Part shown: positions 27,138 through 40,700 of the stretch, in pieces
How the letters are laid out: every line of letters begins with the position of its first letter
Position numbering within the stretch: the stretch's first letter is position 1
From: the human T2T-CHM13v2.0 reference genome, Homo sapiens
Assembly: GCF_009914755.1 (NCBI RefSeq)
Contig: NC_060926.1
DNA length: 64,000 nt
Strand: one strand, 5' to 3'
Notes under the pieces: generated by a model
Databases searched by the model: none
Told to the model about the DNA's origin: nothing
Seen by the model: only the letters and a program-made list of their open reading frames with translations
Position numbers and translations under genes: made by a program

Positions 27138-27968
27138 TGTATTAATCAGGGTTCTTCAGATAAGTAGAACCAATAGGGTAGATACGCAGTGAGAGAAGTA
27201 GTGAAAGGTGGAGAAAGAGAGTGAAGAGTGAGAGACTGAGAGAGAGAGAGACTGTTTTAAAAAATGGCTTAAGGGTTTGTTAGGATGAACAAATCTAAAA
27301 TTTGCAGAGCAAGCCAGGTACATTGGCTCACATCTGTAATTCTAGCACTTTGGGAAGCTGAGGCAGGAGGATTGCTTGAGCCCAGGAGCTCAGGGCCAGT
27401 CTAGGCAACACAGCAAGACCTCATCTCATATTTATTTTTTTTTAATTAGCTGGGCATGGTGGTGTGTGTCTGTGGTCCCAGCTACTTGGGAGTCTGAGGA
27501 AGGAGGATCACTTGAGCCCAGGAGGTTGAGGCTGCAGTGAGCTCTGATCACAAACACTGCATTCCAGCCTGGGTGACAGAGTGAGATCCTGTCTCACACA
27601 CAGAAAAAATAATTAATTAATTAATTTAAAAAACTAAAAAGCATAAACAATTAAAAAATAAAGAATAAAATAAAATTTACAAAGCAGGCCAACAGGTTGG
27701 AAATTCTGACAAGAGTTCATTTTGTAGTCTGAAGGCAGTCTGGGGGCAATATTCACTCCTCTTCAGTGAACCTCAGTCTTTTGTATTAAGGCCTTCTAAT
27801 GATTGTATGAAGTCTACAAACAATATGAAGGGTAATTTGTTTTTACCAAAGTCTACTGATTGAAATGTTAATGACATCTAAAAAGTACCTTTACAGCAAC
27901 ATCTAGTGTTTGACCAAACAACTGGATGCCATAACCTAGCTAAGTGGACATGTAAATTGACCATCACA
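27138..27968 (-). mobile_element. MLT2D-like ERVL solo LTR, interrupted by AluJ
   Basis: tgtattaatcagggttcttcaga...ctagctaagtggacatgtaaattgaccatcaca is the reverse MLT2 LTR. Confidence 0.88.
27312..27670 (+). mobile_element. AluJ
   Basis: J-type Alu (ggaggattgcttgagcccagg); TSD taaaatttgcagagca / taaaatttacaaagca. Confidence 0.95.
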
Positions 27969-28112
27969 GCATAGTAAGTTTTGGATGCCTACTAGACATC
28001 TAAGATAAAATTTCAAATAGCCTGTTAAATACACACATCTAAATATCAAGAGAGGAATCCAGGCAAGAGACATACATTCTTGGATTCATCAGAACACAGA
28101 TGTCAGTGAAGC

Positions 28113-28452
28113 CTTGGCTCCTGGTTCCGCAGACTGTACAAGAAGCATGGTGTCAGTATCTGCATCTGGTGAAGTCTCAGAAAGTTTTCAGTCATGGCAG
28201 AAGGAAAAGGGGAGCAGGCATGTCATACAGCAAGAGAGACAGCAAGAGAGAGAGGGGAGGGAGGTCCAAGATTATTTTATAACCTGATTTCTAATGAGCT
28301 AGTAGAGGGGAGGACTCACTCTTTACTCTTTACTGCAGGGAAGGCACCAAGCCATTCATGACCCAAACACCTCCCACAAAGCCCCACCTCCAACACTGGG
28401 GATCACATTTCAACATGAGACTTGGAGGGGACAAAATATCCAACCAGTATCA
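28113..28452 (-). mobile_element. MSTB-like LTR, truncated
   Basis: ttggctcctggttccgcagactgtacaagaagcatgg...acatttcaacatgagacttggagggg..ccaaccagtatca. Confidence 0.87.
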
Positions 28453-30411
28453 AATGCTTTACCCAATTTAGCACAGTGCCCAATTTATTAAAGTAAGTTT
28501 TCAAACACTTCTTTAAAAATAGGTGATATCTCTCTATTCCTGATGACTTAAATAAGATGAATCAATTTTACCCCAAAACTGTGTATGCTGCTTGAATGCT
28601 ACAGAAAAGAAAGAACTAAAATATATTTTAAAAATATCTAAAACCATTAAAATGTCTCCTGGTGATATTTAAAATTAGAAATAGGGCACTACTTATTTAA
28701 GTAGTATATTAATAATGTGGGAATTGGTTGAATCTTTACCTCTTGTGGTTCTGGAACTTTCCCCTTGCAATTGTATATATCTGTAGATGACTTACGTTAT
28801 CCTTAACTGAGGGAAAAAATGTGTTATGGAAGTATTTTTGATTCTGGTTAATGCACTTTATATAAAATGCCAAAAGTAAATTATTAGAGGTAAAGATGAG
28901 GCTTTGAAATTTTTATGAAATATTTCGGTCCAGAACTTGGTTAACCCAAATCCTGTCCTGCTGATCATGCATTCTCCATCTGGAGTTCCTGAGAGGCTCT
29001 ACATCTGAGTATCAGAGTATCACTTTGATAATCACTATTTAATGTCTTACAGTATAGTACAGACCTTTGGACAAAGGATGAGGTGGTACAAATGGAGTAG
29101 ACACAAGGCCTGATGAGAACTTTTTAATTTATTTTCCCCTTAATGTGTGTCTTACTACTGGTATAAACAAGCATGCTTGCAGGAAGGAGAAAGAGATGGC
29201 TAAAACAAAATCAATTTATCCATTATGGATTAGAGTCCATGTATAACAGAGAGAAAGAGCTATTTTCACTATAGATAGCTTCAGATTTATGGCTCAAAAA
29301 CTATGCTGCTGGATTGTGTCAAACAGTTTAGTAAAAATGAAATATTATTCTCTCATTTGGCATAAGACATCATGTTGCTCGGGCACAATGAGTGATCCTA
29401 AAAATATAATATGGTTATAGCTTCTGTTAATCAAGAATGAGGTAACCAGCAGCTTCTGAAAACAAAGACTGGTAATGATGGAGATCTCCCTTGAGACATA
29501 AATCTCATCTGTGATCAAAAGAAGAGTAGCCTTGGCTCCTTTCTGGGGATCCCTGGCAGCCATGATTTTTAAGACACATTAACAAACAACTCTGTGGCAG
29601 CAGGAACTTCCTGGGAAGACAACAGTAGAAGGACCAGAGTAGAAGATGGGGGAAAATATCGAATACCTAAGAACACAGAGGAAAATATCAGATACTCAGA
29701 AAAATATCCAATGACTAAGAAATAACTCAGAAGACAGCAGGATTTCACTAGAGTAGATGGGGATAGAATCTAGAAATACGTAATTTTATTGTTATAAGAT
29801 ATATTTCGTAATCTTTCTCCCTGAAATTGGAAGCAATGCAAACACAGGGCTGCTGCAGCCTCTATTCCAGAAGGCAACCTTTCTACCCTGTAGTGTAGTG
29901 GCCCTATTTTTTTTTTTTTACTTCTCTTTTTCCCCACCTTTCTCAATTGCTTTTAATTCACCAATTATATATTAAATCTCTACCATATGTTCAGTGTCAA
30001 ACTATATGCCAGTGTAAATAATTGGTATTACCCTTCACACATGGTATGTCTAGGTCCAGAAATATACAAATATATGAGTAATATGAATTGTTTAATATTA
30101 TAAAATCTTCCTCAGCTGCCATGTTCAGTGGTTGTAAATATACTGTGGAACTATGAATGGAAAATAGGTGGAAACAAATAAATGTATGCTCAGCAAATTA
30201 AAAAATTCTAACCATGTTCTTACTGCTAAGAACTTTCTACCTGCATATATTCCTGGAGTGTCAAACCTGAAAATGATCTTCTGCAACATCAGTTTATTTA
30301 TATTAATTTGTATCTATTAGACTTAGGAAAATAGTATAAAAACAGGAAGGAATTCCATGAGGGACTAAATGAAATATAAATTCGTAATATTTTTTATACC
30401 TATAAAAATGA

Positions 30412-30746
<335 letters not shown>

Positions 30747-31675
30747 CTATTTGAAACTTTCCTTCTGTCTCTAAACAAGTTTAAAAGCAGCACCCCCACC
30801 TCTCAAATGCCCTTGATAGACAATGTAATATAAATAGGTACTACAACTCACTAGGTTTGATTCCTGTAGAAGATGAAAAGTGACTGCTCCACGGCAAGCC
30901 ACTATGGGAGATTCTTTAACAAACTCAAATGGATTCGAGAGGGAAAATTGTTGATGCAAAGCTGTTTAATGAGTTCTGTTACTGTGAAGTGAAATCAGTC
31001 CTCCCAAGGATCATTCACTGTGAGAGGCAGAATGGAAACTTCCTAATGTCATAAATTGTTATACCGATATTTATAGCAAAGGCAACATAGAACTCTGGAG
31101 TTTGAATTAGTTTTTTTCTCTCCAAGAATACATTTTTAGTATTAGCTGTTTGTTTCAACCTGGGAAGTTTTAGAAGTTATTTCTATCTGGGCATTTTCTT
31201 AGCTTGACAGTTTAGGTAAGAAGTCTGTGTGGCTATGCCAGTAGCATATCTCTTTGTGACAAGAACATGCATCATTCTTTGGCTGAGCAAAAGACAAAAT
31301 TATTTACTCAAGATAAGCAAAGATTATTGGAAGGCTGAAATTGCAAATGATGAAAGTTCTACCCATAGATTTTGTTTGCCCATGACTTTCATTCTGTCCT
31401 TGCAAATAAAAGAATAACTTGATATATTTCATTGAATAATCACATTTTATATTTCCAATTTACTTTATTAAAATATGATTTTAGTCCTTTAAATAAAGTT
31501 GAATTGAGAACAAAGAGAAAAAAATAATATCCAATAATGTCAGTTCAGATATTGTGGGTTAATTTAAGGATGAAATAAAACTATATAAATTTGTCCATGT
31601 CCCCATGAGTTTCTCAGTGTTTTGAGGTTTTGCTCAGATTCATTTACACATATGGAAAACTTTTTAATATCTACA

Positions 31676-31749
31676 TAAGGGATTCACATTCGAAGGGATT
31701 TCATTTTATCCCTCAGTGAAATGAAATCCCTTCAAATGTGACTTCCTTA
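31676..31749. other. 34-bp inverted repeat (hairpin) with a 6-nt loop
   Basis: Arms 31676-31709 and 31716-31749; perfect 15-bp core gaagggatttcattt / aaatgaaatcccttc. Confidence 0.9.
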
Positions 31750-31799
31750 CAAAGTCTGGCCATAGTCTTGAATTATCTTAGCTGCATTTTCTCTAAAGC

Positions 31800-32158
31800 G
31801 TCACTGTCCAACTGAAATATACTGTGAACCACAAATGTGAATATGACATTTAAATAGTCTAGTGGCAACATTGAAAAAATAAAACAGGAAAATAATTTTA
31901 ATGTGATATAAACATTTAATATAACATATTTAATATATTTAATGTAAAAGAAGTATACTTAATTTTAATAAAATAATCTAGTTAACCAAATATAAATGTT
32001 AACTTTTCATCATGTAACGAATATATAAGAATGACTCATGATTTATTTTGTCTTCTTTAAAAGAGGTTTATAATCTTTGCTTACAGATATTTCAGTTTAC
32101 ACTAGCCACATCTGAAGTACTCAAAGCCAAATGTGGCTAGAAAGACTATTGAACAGAG
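31800..32158. mobile_element. MER33-like (hAT-Charlie1 derivative) DNA transposon
   Basis: cactgtccaactgaaatata..ctagccacatctgaagtactcaaagccaaatgtggctag..ctattgaacag with TIR-like ends. Confidence 0.7.
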
Positions 32159-34840
32159 ACGCTGTATGGTACATATTCTTATTAGATAACTATTATTTAA
32201 GGAAGTAGCATAAGAAGATATTTTAAATGCTAATTTAAAATTCTAATGACAAAGCCATGTTTTATATGATATGTGTGAATAAAACATAGTCAGATCTTTT
32301 AAGTGAATGTTTTCTTTGTATATAGAGAGAGCTGTTTCTGTCTGTGGAAAATTTCTGCTGAGGAAAGAACTAACAAATGACAAAAAGAACGGCTTTGCCT
32401 GGGACAGTAGCAGAGGAAACTAAGAAAAAGGATGTCCTAAAATGAGTTAAGAAAATTTTTACTTAGACCCTGGACATCATAGATTATAAAAGGAGCATTT
32501 AATGACAAAAATATCATAATGTCTCAATGTACAGTGAATCAATAGTACCTTGTGGGACTGTTGTCTGATACTAATTGAAACACAGTATTTGAAAGCTACA
32601 GTTGTTTGGTTTGAGTATGACTGTCTTCATCAGCAAGAATACCTTACATAGTGTCTGTTCTATTTGCTATTTTTTTTCTATTCTTAACTTTTATGGGTTT
32701 ATCTTTGGCAAAAGCTGATTTTATAAGGAGAAAATCTATAAATTGCATTCATGGTTATGCCAAACTCCTCAGGTACAACTATCAAATACCAGCACTTTCC
32801 AGGGAAGATTGTCTTCAGGATCTGATCATTCAGCATTTTACCAGAATTGTTGTTGGAATCTATGGAGCCACAGTCTCTGTTGGACTCTATATAACTTTCC
32901 TCCAACCTGGTCAGAACCATAGCTAATCAAGTAATAAGACATTATGACAAGAAATACCCCTTACAAAGACAACCAAAAGAGTCAGCATCCAGTATTGTTA
33001 AAAACAGTTCCAAGTGTAACCAAATGTTTTTACTTCTCAATATTTTTTTAAAGTAGCATTATTATATGTAAAATATAAGCTTTGTATGGCAGTAGTTTTT
33101 GCATTAAGCCAGAACTTACTATTTTTCCTGAAAATACTTACTAATGTACAGAACTTTTTTATTATAAAATAATGATTGGATTAGAATGTATCCTAATGAC
33201 TTTCAAACATTTAATTTTATTATTTTCTAAAATGTTATTAATTTTGCCACAGATTATTCTGCCTTAGTGTACTGTCAAGATAAATTATCAGCAGATAGGA
33301 AAACAAAAAAAAAGAAGTCAAATTTTTTAAAAAAATAAAGAGAAACTATTGACATGGCTCCTAGAAGTCTGTTGAATCCAATTATTGCTTTGTAGTCACT
33401 TTGTTACTTCTTGTTTGCCTCAGTTTTATATTTCTTTTGTCTAGGAGGGTGTATTTTTAAAATATATATAGATAAGGATAAATATAAATTAAAATTGAGA
33501 ACCTTAAAATGCATATGCACACTCACTTGTACAATGGGATGATTAAAAATGTGTTTAAATGATGGAACATAGGTAGCTGATACATCTAATATTTAAGACC
33601 TCACCTTTACTTCATTGGTACCAGTCACTAAGATAAAAGGCATATTATTTATTCCTAAGATCAATTTAAGTGATTTGAGATTCTGACTAATAGATTATGA
33701 TTAATCGTCTGTAGAAAGGGATTGTGTTGAGTCTGCACTAATGGGTACTCTACCTTGTCTAACATCCCTGAAAGGTAAAACATGAGCATCTTCATCTGAA
33801 TGGAAGAGAGAAGTAGAATCGTTGGGGAATGAGTGGAGAATGAAGATAGTGCCTCTGAAATGCAGATAGCTTTCTGTGGAATTAATCAGTGAACAAGTTC
33901 ATAAAAAGGAAAAAGGCAGAGATGAATGAGGGGCTCTAGCAGAAACTGCAATTGGGTAGAGGTGCTGGCCCCTAAAAGGGTTTATTTAATAATCTAATTG
34001 ACTGTTTTCCAGAGAGGAGTTATGGGTTTGCCAACTTGCATGAGGTGGCAAGGGGTAGTTGGATAGATGGATGCTAGACAATTCTAGAAACGTATCTAGG
34101 CATTAAAAATGATTTTGAATTTGCTTACAAATGCTTACTTTCAACTAAGTACTATTGTGTACTCTGCTAAAGTATAATTTTTACGTTGTTTTTGTTGCTG
34201 CTGTTTTGTGAGGGGAGGGAAGGATCTAATATTATAGTTTCTAATGTAATTCTAAGGTACTTACCTTTTCACTAGCAATGACATTTCTAGTAACCTAGCC
34301 TTCAAAATTGCTCATTCTCAGAGGTATATTCATAACAGTATTTATTATAGAATTATTTACAATGAGCATAAATTGAAACTAAAAAATTAGGTAACTCTTT
34401 ATAATAGAACACTATTCCACCTAAATGAAGCACATGTAGTATATGTTGAAAATTAACTCAACCATTTTTCATTTCCCTTTTAAAAAGATAGATAAGTGGT
34501 TGATTCATTAATTGATAGTGTATTTGGCCATTTTTGCATTGCTATAAAGAAATACCTGAGACTGGGAAATTTATAAATAAAATGGTTTAATTGGCTTATG
34601 GATCTGCAGAGTGTACAAGCATAGCACGGGCATCTGCTCAGCTTCTGAGGAGGCCTCAGGGAGCTTTTACTCATGGCAGGAGGTGAAAGGGGAGGAGCCA
34701 TGTCACATGGGAAAAGCAAGAGCAAGGAAGAAAGGGGAAGGCGCCACATATACCAAACAACTAAATCTCGTGAGAACTGACTTAATACCATGAGGGCAGC
34801 ACTGAACTAATGAGGGATCTGCCTCCATGACCCAAACACC

Positions 34841-35487
34841 TCTCACCAGGTGCCACCTCCAACACTGGAGATGACATTTCAACATGAGATTCTCACCAGG
34901 TGCCACCTCCGACGCTGGAGATGACATTTCAACATGAGATTCTCACCAGGTGCCACCTCCGACGCTGGAGATGACATTTCAACATGAGATTCTCACCAGG
35001 TGCCACCTCTGACGCTGGAGATGACATTTCAACATGAGATTCTCACCAGGTGCCACCTCCGACGCTGGAGATGACATTTCAACATGAGATTCTCACCAGG
35101 TGCCACCTCCGACGCTGGAGATGACATTTCAACATGAGATTCTCACCAGGTGCCACCTCCGACGCTGGAGATGACATTTCAACATGAGACTCTCACCAGG
35201 TGCCACTCCGACGCTGGAGATGACATTTCAACATGAGATTCTCACCAGGTGCCACCTCCGACGCTGGAGATGACATTTCAACATGAGATTCTCACCAGGT
35301 GCCACCTCCGACGCTGGAGATGACATTTCAACATGAGATTCTCACCAGGTGCCACCTCTGACGCTGGAGATGACATTTCAACATGAGATTCTCACCAGGT
35401 GCCACCTCCGACGCTGGAGATGACATTTCAACATGAGATTTTCACCAGGTGCCACTTCCAACACGAGATGACATTTCAACATGAGAT
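34841..35487. repeat. 50-bp minisatellite, 13 copies, inside the MST LTR
   Basis: Unit tctcaccaggtgccacctccgacgctggagatgacatttcaacatgagat; copy 8 is 49 bp and copy 13 is degenerate. Confidence 0.98.
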
Positions 35488-37445
35488 TTGAGTGGGGTCA
35501 AACATCCAAACTACATCATTCTGCCCCTGGCCCCCACAAAATTCTTATGCTTCTCACATTGTTAAATACAATCATGCCTTCCCAATAGTCCCCCAAAGTC
35601 TTAACTCACTCAAGAGTTAATTCAAAAGTCCAAAGTTTAAAATCTCATCTGAGACAAGGCAAGTCTTTTCCACCTATAAACTTGTAGAATAAAAATTAAC
35701 TTATTTACTTACAAGATACAATGAGGTTATAGGAATTTGGTAAACATTCCCATTCCCAAATGGAGAAATCAGCCAAAAGAAAGGGGCTGCAGGCCCCATG
35801 CAAGTTCAAAACACAGCAGGGTAGTCATTAAGTCTTAAAGCTCCAAAATACACTCCTTTGATGAAATGTCCCACATACAGGGCACACAGCTGCAAGGGGT
35901 GGGCTCCCAGGGCTTTGGGCAGCTCTGCTCCTGTGTCTTTTCCGCACTGAAGTTTCAAGCTGCTGTTGGCACCACCCGTCTGGAGTGTGGAAGATGGTGG
36001 CTCCCTTCCCACAGCTCCACTAGGCAATGTCCCAGCTGGGACTCTGTGTGGGAGTTCCAACCCCGCATTTCCCCATAGCACTACCCTGGTAGAGTTTCTC
36101 TGTGAGGGCTCTGCCCCTAAAGCAGGCTTTTGCCTGGTAACCCAGCCTCTCTCATACTTTCTTTGAAATCTAGGGTGAGGTTGCCAAACCTTCACTCTCG
36201 CAGGGTGCATGCCTACAGGCTTAACACTACGTGGAAACCACCAAGGCTTATGGTGGCTTATGCTCTCTGGAGTGGCCCAAGCTGTACTGTGAGGCCTCTG
36301 AGCAGTGACTGGAACCACAGCAGCCATTATGATAGGAGGAGCCTCCTGAGGTAACACTGGGCAGTAGCACTCTGGGCCTATTCCCATACCACCAAAACCA
36401 TTCAGTCCCCCTGGGCCTCTGATGGGAGGGGCTGCCTAGAAGATCTCTGAATGCCTTGGAGGCCTTTTTCTCATTGTCTTGGCTATTAGCACTTGACTCC
36501 CTTTTAGTTATGCAAATTTCTTTAGTAAGTGATTGCTGCACAACCTACTTGAATTCTTCTCCTAAAAATGGGCTTTTTGTTTCTACCCCACAGCCAGGCT
36601 GCACATTTTCCAAATTTTTATGCTCTGCTTCTCTTTTAAATATAACTTCCAAATTTAAGTCATTTCTTTGTTCCTGCATTTGAAGCTGGCTGTTAGAAGC
36701 AGCCAGACAACTTCTTGAATGCTATGCTGCTTAGAAATTTCTTCTGCCAGATACCCTAAATCATCTCTCTGAAGTTCAAACTTCCACAGATCCTTAGGGC
36801 ATGAACAGAATCCAGCCAAGATGTTTGCTGAGGGATAACACACATGACATTTGCTCCAGTTTCCAACAAGTTCCTCATTTCCATCTGAAACCTCAGCAGC
36901 CTGGACTTCACTGTCCATATCACTATCAGAATTTTGGTCACAACTATTTAACCAGTCTTTAAGAAGTTCTAAACTTTCCCTCATCTTCCTGTCTTCTTCT
37001 GAACCCTCCACACTGTTCCAGCCTCAGCCCATTAACCAATTCCAAAGCTGTTTCCACATTTTCAGCTATTTTTATAACAATGCCCTATGCCTTGGTACCA
37101 ATTTTCTGTATTGGGCTGTTCTTGCTTTGCTATTAGAAATACCTTAGACCGAGTAATTTATAAAGAAAATAGGTTTACTTGGCTCTTGGTTCTACAGGTT
37201 GTACAAGCATAGTGCTTGCATTTGCTTGGCTTCTGGGGAGGCCTCAGGCAGCTTTTACTCATGGCAGAAGGTGAAGCAGGAGCTTGCACACACATGGTGA
37301 GATGAGGGGTTCAGGGGTAAGAGAGGTAGGGGAGGTGCCACACACTTTTAAACAACCAGATCTTGCAACGACAGCACCAAGCCATGAGGAAACCATTCAG
37401 ATGACCAAAGCCCCTCCTACCAGGCCCCGCCTCCAACGTTGGTGA

Positions 37446-37718
37446 TGTTAGAAATGCTCGTTTCCCAGTGCCGTAAAGAAATAGCACTTGAACATAAATT
37501 TAACTTCCTCAGCAAGGCCATTTTTAGACTTTCTGCAGAAAGGATACACTCGCCAGCAGTTTTGCCATGAGAGTATATTGAACAAAGGAGACTGGGTTAT
37601 TTATAACCTGATCCATCCACTCTACTTCTGTGTCCAGTTTTTATTGGCTGAATCGGACCTTATATTTAGATGGAGAGGAAAGTCTCTTTGAAGAGGAACC
37701 TCTACTTTACTTTTTACA
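37446..37718 (-). mobile_element. LTR10C-like ERV1 solo LTR (internally deleted) nested in the MST 5' LTR
   Basis: Reverse strand starts TGTAAAAAGTAAAGTAGAGGTTCCTCTTCAAAGAGAC; 4-bp TSD GTGA; only 273 bp. Confidence 0.8.
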
Positions 37719-40700
37719 GTGATTACATTTCTAGATGAGATTTGGGCAGCAACAAATATTCAGATTATATCAGGTAGCGACATAAGAAAAGTAAAGGGAA
37801 AAGCAAAAAGGAGTGAAGAAATGTACAGAAGGGAGAAAAAAAGAAACACCGAAAAAAGAAATAGAAATGATAAACTTTAACCGTAATTATTTTAGTGAAT
37901 AAAATTTTAATAAATAAAGGAGGGCATTTTGTAGTTTTTTGCTTTATACATTTAAGGAATTTTTTTTTCCTAAGCTTTTCTTACTAGTTTTAAAATATAT
38001 TAAAAAAAAATTAAAAATTGTATACATGCATCTGCTTTTCTTATTTGGAGGCTACTGTAATGTTTAAACTGCATTTTATTTATTAATATACTCCTTGTGT
38101 GAGAAAGGAGGCTCACAAGGCTATGTAAAATTCAACAAGCTAGCATAAATAAAATGTTTGGAAAAAATAAATGACAAGGCAATATGTGATCTTAAAACAG
38201 AGTAGTAATGAGGTTTAAAAATATATAACATTATGTCCAAAAATGAGATTCCATTATGTCTGGCATGTAAGAAGAGCTCAAAAGAAGACAGATTTATTTT
38301 ATGTGCTTAATAATAAAAGCTAATTGATGTATTCTAGACACAATACCCACAGTGTCCTCAGGACTTTAAAAATCTCATGCATATTTTACAATTAAAATAA
38401 ACATTAACTAAGTGAATGGCTTATATGTCCCTTCCCCAGCATGTAATCTTGTCTAGAACCTTCGTTTGGTTCACTTTGTCAGTAAAACACAGGGAAACAT
38501 AAACTTCTCCTCAGAAGAGGCAACAATTAAGTTGGAAATGTTGACAAGGTAAGGTAGATATGGGACAAATACTTATTAGCAGTCATACAGAATCTTGAAT
38601 GACACTTGGGGTTTTCACACTCTGTTGAAAAAGTAACGCCTATAGTAGAATGTTCACTTCTTGTTTTCATCATCTAAAAATGTATATGAGCAACCTGGAG
38701 CGTGTTTAGAGGAGTGTGACTGGAAGTGGAAAGACACTTTTTATGACAAGCGCTAAAAGAAAGCAGTTCGTTTTGGAGGCCTTGGAAAAAGAGCAGGGAC
38801 ACAGGTTCTGCGTGGTATTCTTTTGCAAATACCTGAAACCACTAGTTGGGAAATAAATTAAATGAATTAATAAACTAGGAACTGTAGTTTGAAGTTAGAT
38901 GGAGTGGATTTGGAACCGATTTAAGATTTTTTAATGAGCAGATGATTGATGAAATTAATTGTCACACAAATTGATGTTTGCTATTAATATTTAGCTTTAA
39001 CTGAATGAATACAAGGTCAGTGCTCAAATATTGGAAATGTTCCTGGACTAGACAATTCTAAGATTGCTACAATGCTGCCAGATCCACCGTTGGACTTTCC
39101 TTAATTCTTATTCAATAATTAATGAATATGAAATTAATCTTCATAATGTAACATTATGAAGCACAGAAACATAAAAACAAGTTTATCTGTGAATGTATCA
39201 TAGAGAAAAATGAGATTTAACATTTAAAACAGTGGATAATAGTAACATTGAGGCTCCTTTACATCTCGATAGATTTTTAATGTCTTTGTCCGTCAAAGTA
39301 TTCAAGTATTTGTGGAATTCAGCTATGTACCAGAAATAAAGTAGATCAGGTAATACAAACAAACAATTTAATATATTTCAGGAGAAAAATTAGAAAATAT
39401 TCCTCCTTTTACAACACGTATAAAGAAACAGCTAAATTGATAATCTCAGGTTTTTGCTTTGTATTGAATTTTCTACCCGAAAAGCCTTGGGCAGTACTTT
39501 TTCAAGAATGATGTTCTTTTCATATTTGACTTTAATAAAGACAGCACATTGCCCGCGTCCATAAAATGGTAGATGAGCAAATTGCTCTGTGTTTTACTGC
39601 TCACTCGACTCCTACATTCATAGTATTTGACAAGTAGGACTTAAATGGGAACACTTCTTTTTTTCTTGGAGAGGGCAGTTACTCTGAAATCTTAAATGAA
39701 TCATATTGGAGTAAGGTGACATAAATTTCCCTCCTCATTTATTAAGATCCAATCTGCATGCAGTACTCTGCCAGACACATTATATTAGGTTGGTTAAACA
39801 GATATGATACTAGCTTCTTAAGAGAATAAAAATCAGATGATATCAACATAGAGACCCAGGGTTATTATTCATGACAGTGCCCTGTGATTCTTCATGAACT
39901 AATATAGCTCGCGAAAGCGAAGGGATCCAGGAATTCTGTGATAAATATGAGGCAGTTTGTCCTGACCAGAGATCTAAAGATTGAAAACAGTCATGAGAGG
40001 CTTTTTGAGAGTCTGGAGGACAAGTCCATGACTGTAAGGAGGTCATGGAGAAACAAGCAAGTACTGTTACCTGAGCATCGGTTTGAGTAACAAGGAGTAG
40101 ACGACGAAGTGAAAGGACCGAGGGATAAAATGTTGGTGCCCATGGGGTAAGATAACCATATCATGCAATCAGGAATCCCAACAGAAACTCTTGCATATTA
40201 CTAGGTCAGGATGCAGATGAGGGAAAAAATAAACATGGACTGCAAGCATGAATTCTGATACTGCAGTGGTGTAGAGATAGCACTACCTACAGCATTCTGC
40301 CTAAAGCCAATGATCTCTGAGTGGGAATTGACAAAAAAGCACCACTCTTTAGAGCTTTAGGAATGAGAATCTAAAAGAATTTCTCACATCTCCGCTAGCC
40401 CTCTTGGACTCTCCATTGTGCTAATCATATTCAGTGCTGGTCTCTAACACTTCAGGGGTCTAACCGAATCACTTTTCTTGTGTTTGTGACCCAGCTTGCC
40501 CCGAATGCACACCCTTTGGATATCATCCCTCCATTCTTGGCCCAATATTGTCCCTTCACTCCTTGTAGATCTGAATTTAAAAGTAGAACAAGCAGGCACT
40601 TGCATCTGCCTAAATAGTCATGTGAACTACATTTTGAACACTAGTGTTCTGAATCTTCATTTCTGCAAGATATCTTTAAAGTGGGATTTGGAATTTTATT

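Larger units (their letters stand above)
26890..28105 (-). mobile_element. L2a relic, interrupted by MLT2D and an Alu
   Basis: tgatagattggatgtg..gattcaaggatgactc..; resumes after 27968 with gttttggatgcctactagacatctaag. Confidence 0.75.
34519..37772 (-). mobile_element. Full-length MST (MSTB-like) MaLR provirus: 3' LTR 34519-35518, internal 35519-37106, 5' LTR 37107-37772
   Basis: Paired LTRs, TSD gatag/ggtag, MaLR-internal ORF remnant 36655..37011 (EGSEEDRKMRESLELL..DSEVQAAEVSDGNEEL). Confidence 0.93.

Noticed and set aside
29650-29735. Degenerate gaaaatatc..taagaa triplication
   Set aside because: Low-complexity and irregular period; cannot be separated from chance.
32651-32926. 91-aa ORF with a signal-peptide-like hydrophobic N-terminus
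   Set aside because: Starts at GTG, the hydrophobicity reflects T-rich DNA, and there is no recognisable homology or exon structure.
34841-35487. CRISPR-like array
   Set aside because: Units are contiguous with no unique spacers, derive from MST LTR sequence, and the DNA is primate with no cas genes.
35806-37011. 193-aa, 118-aa and overlapping ORFs
   Set aside because: Fragments of the broken MaLR internal ORF, not a host gene.
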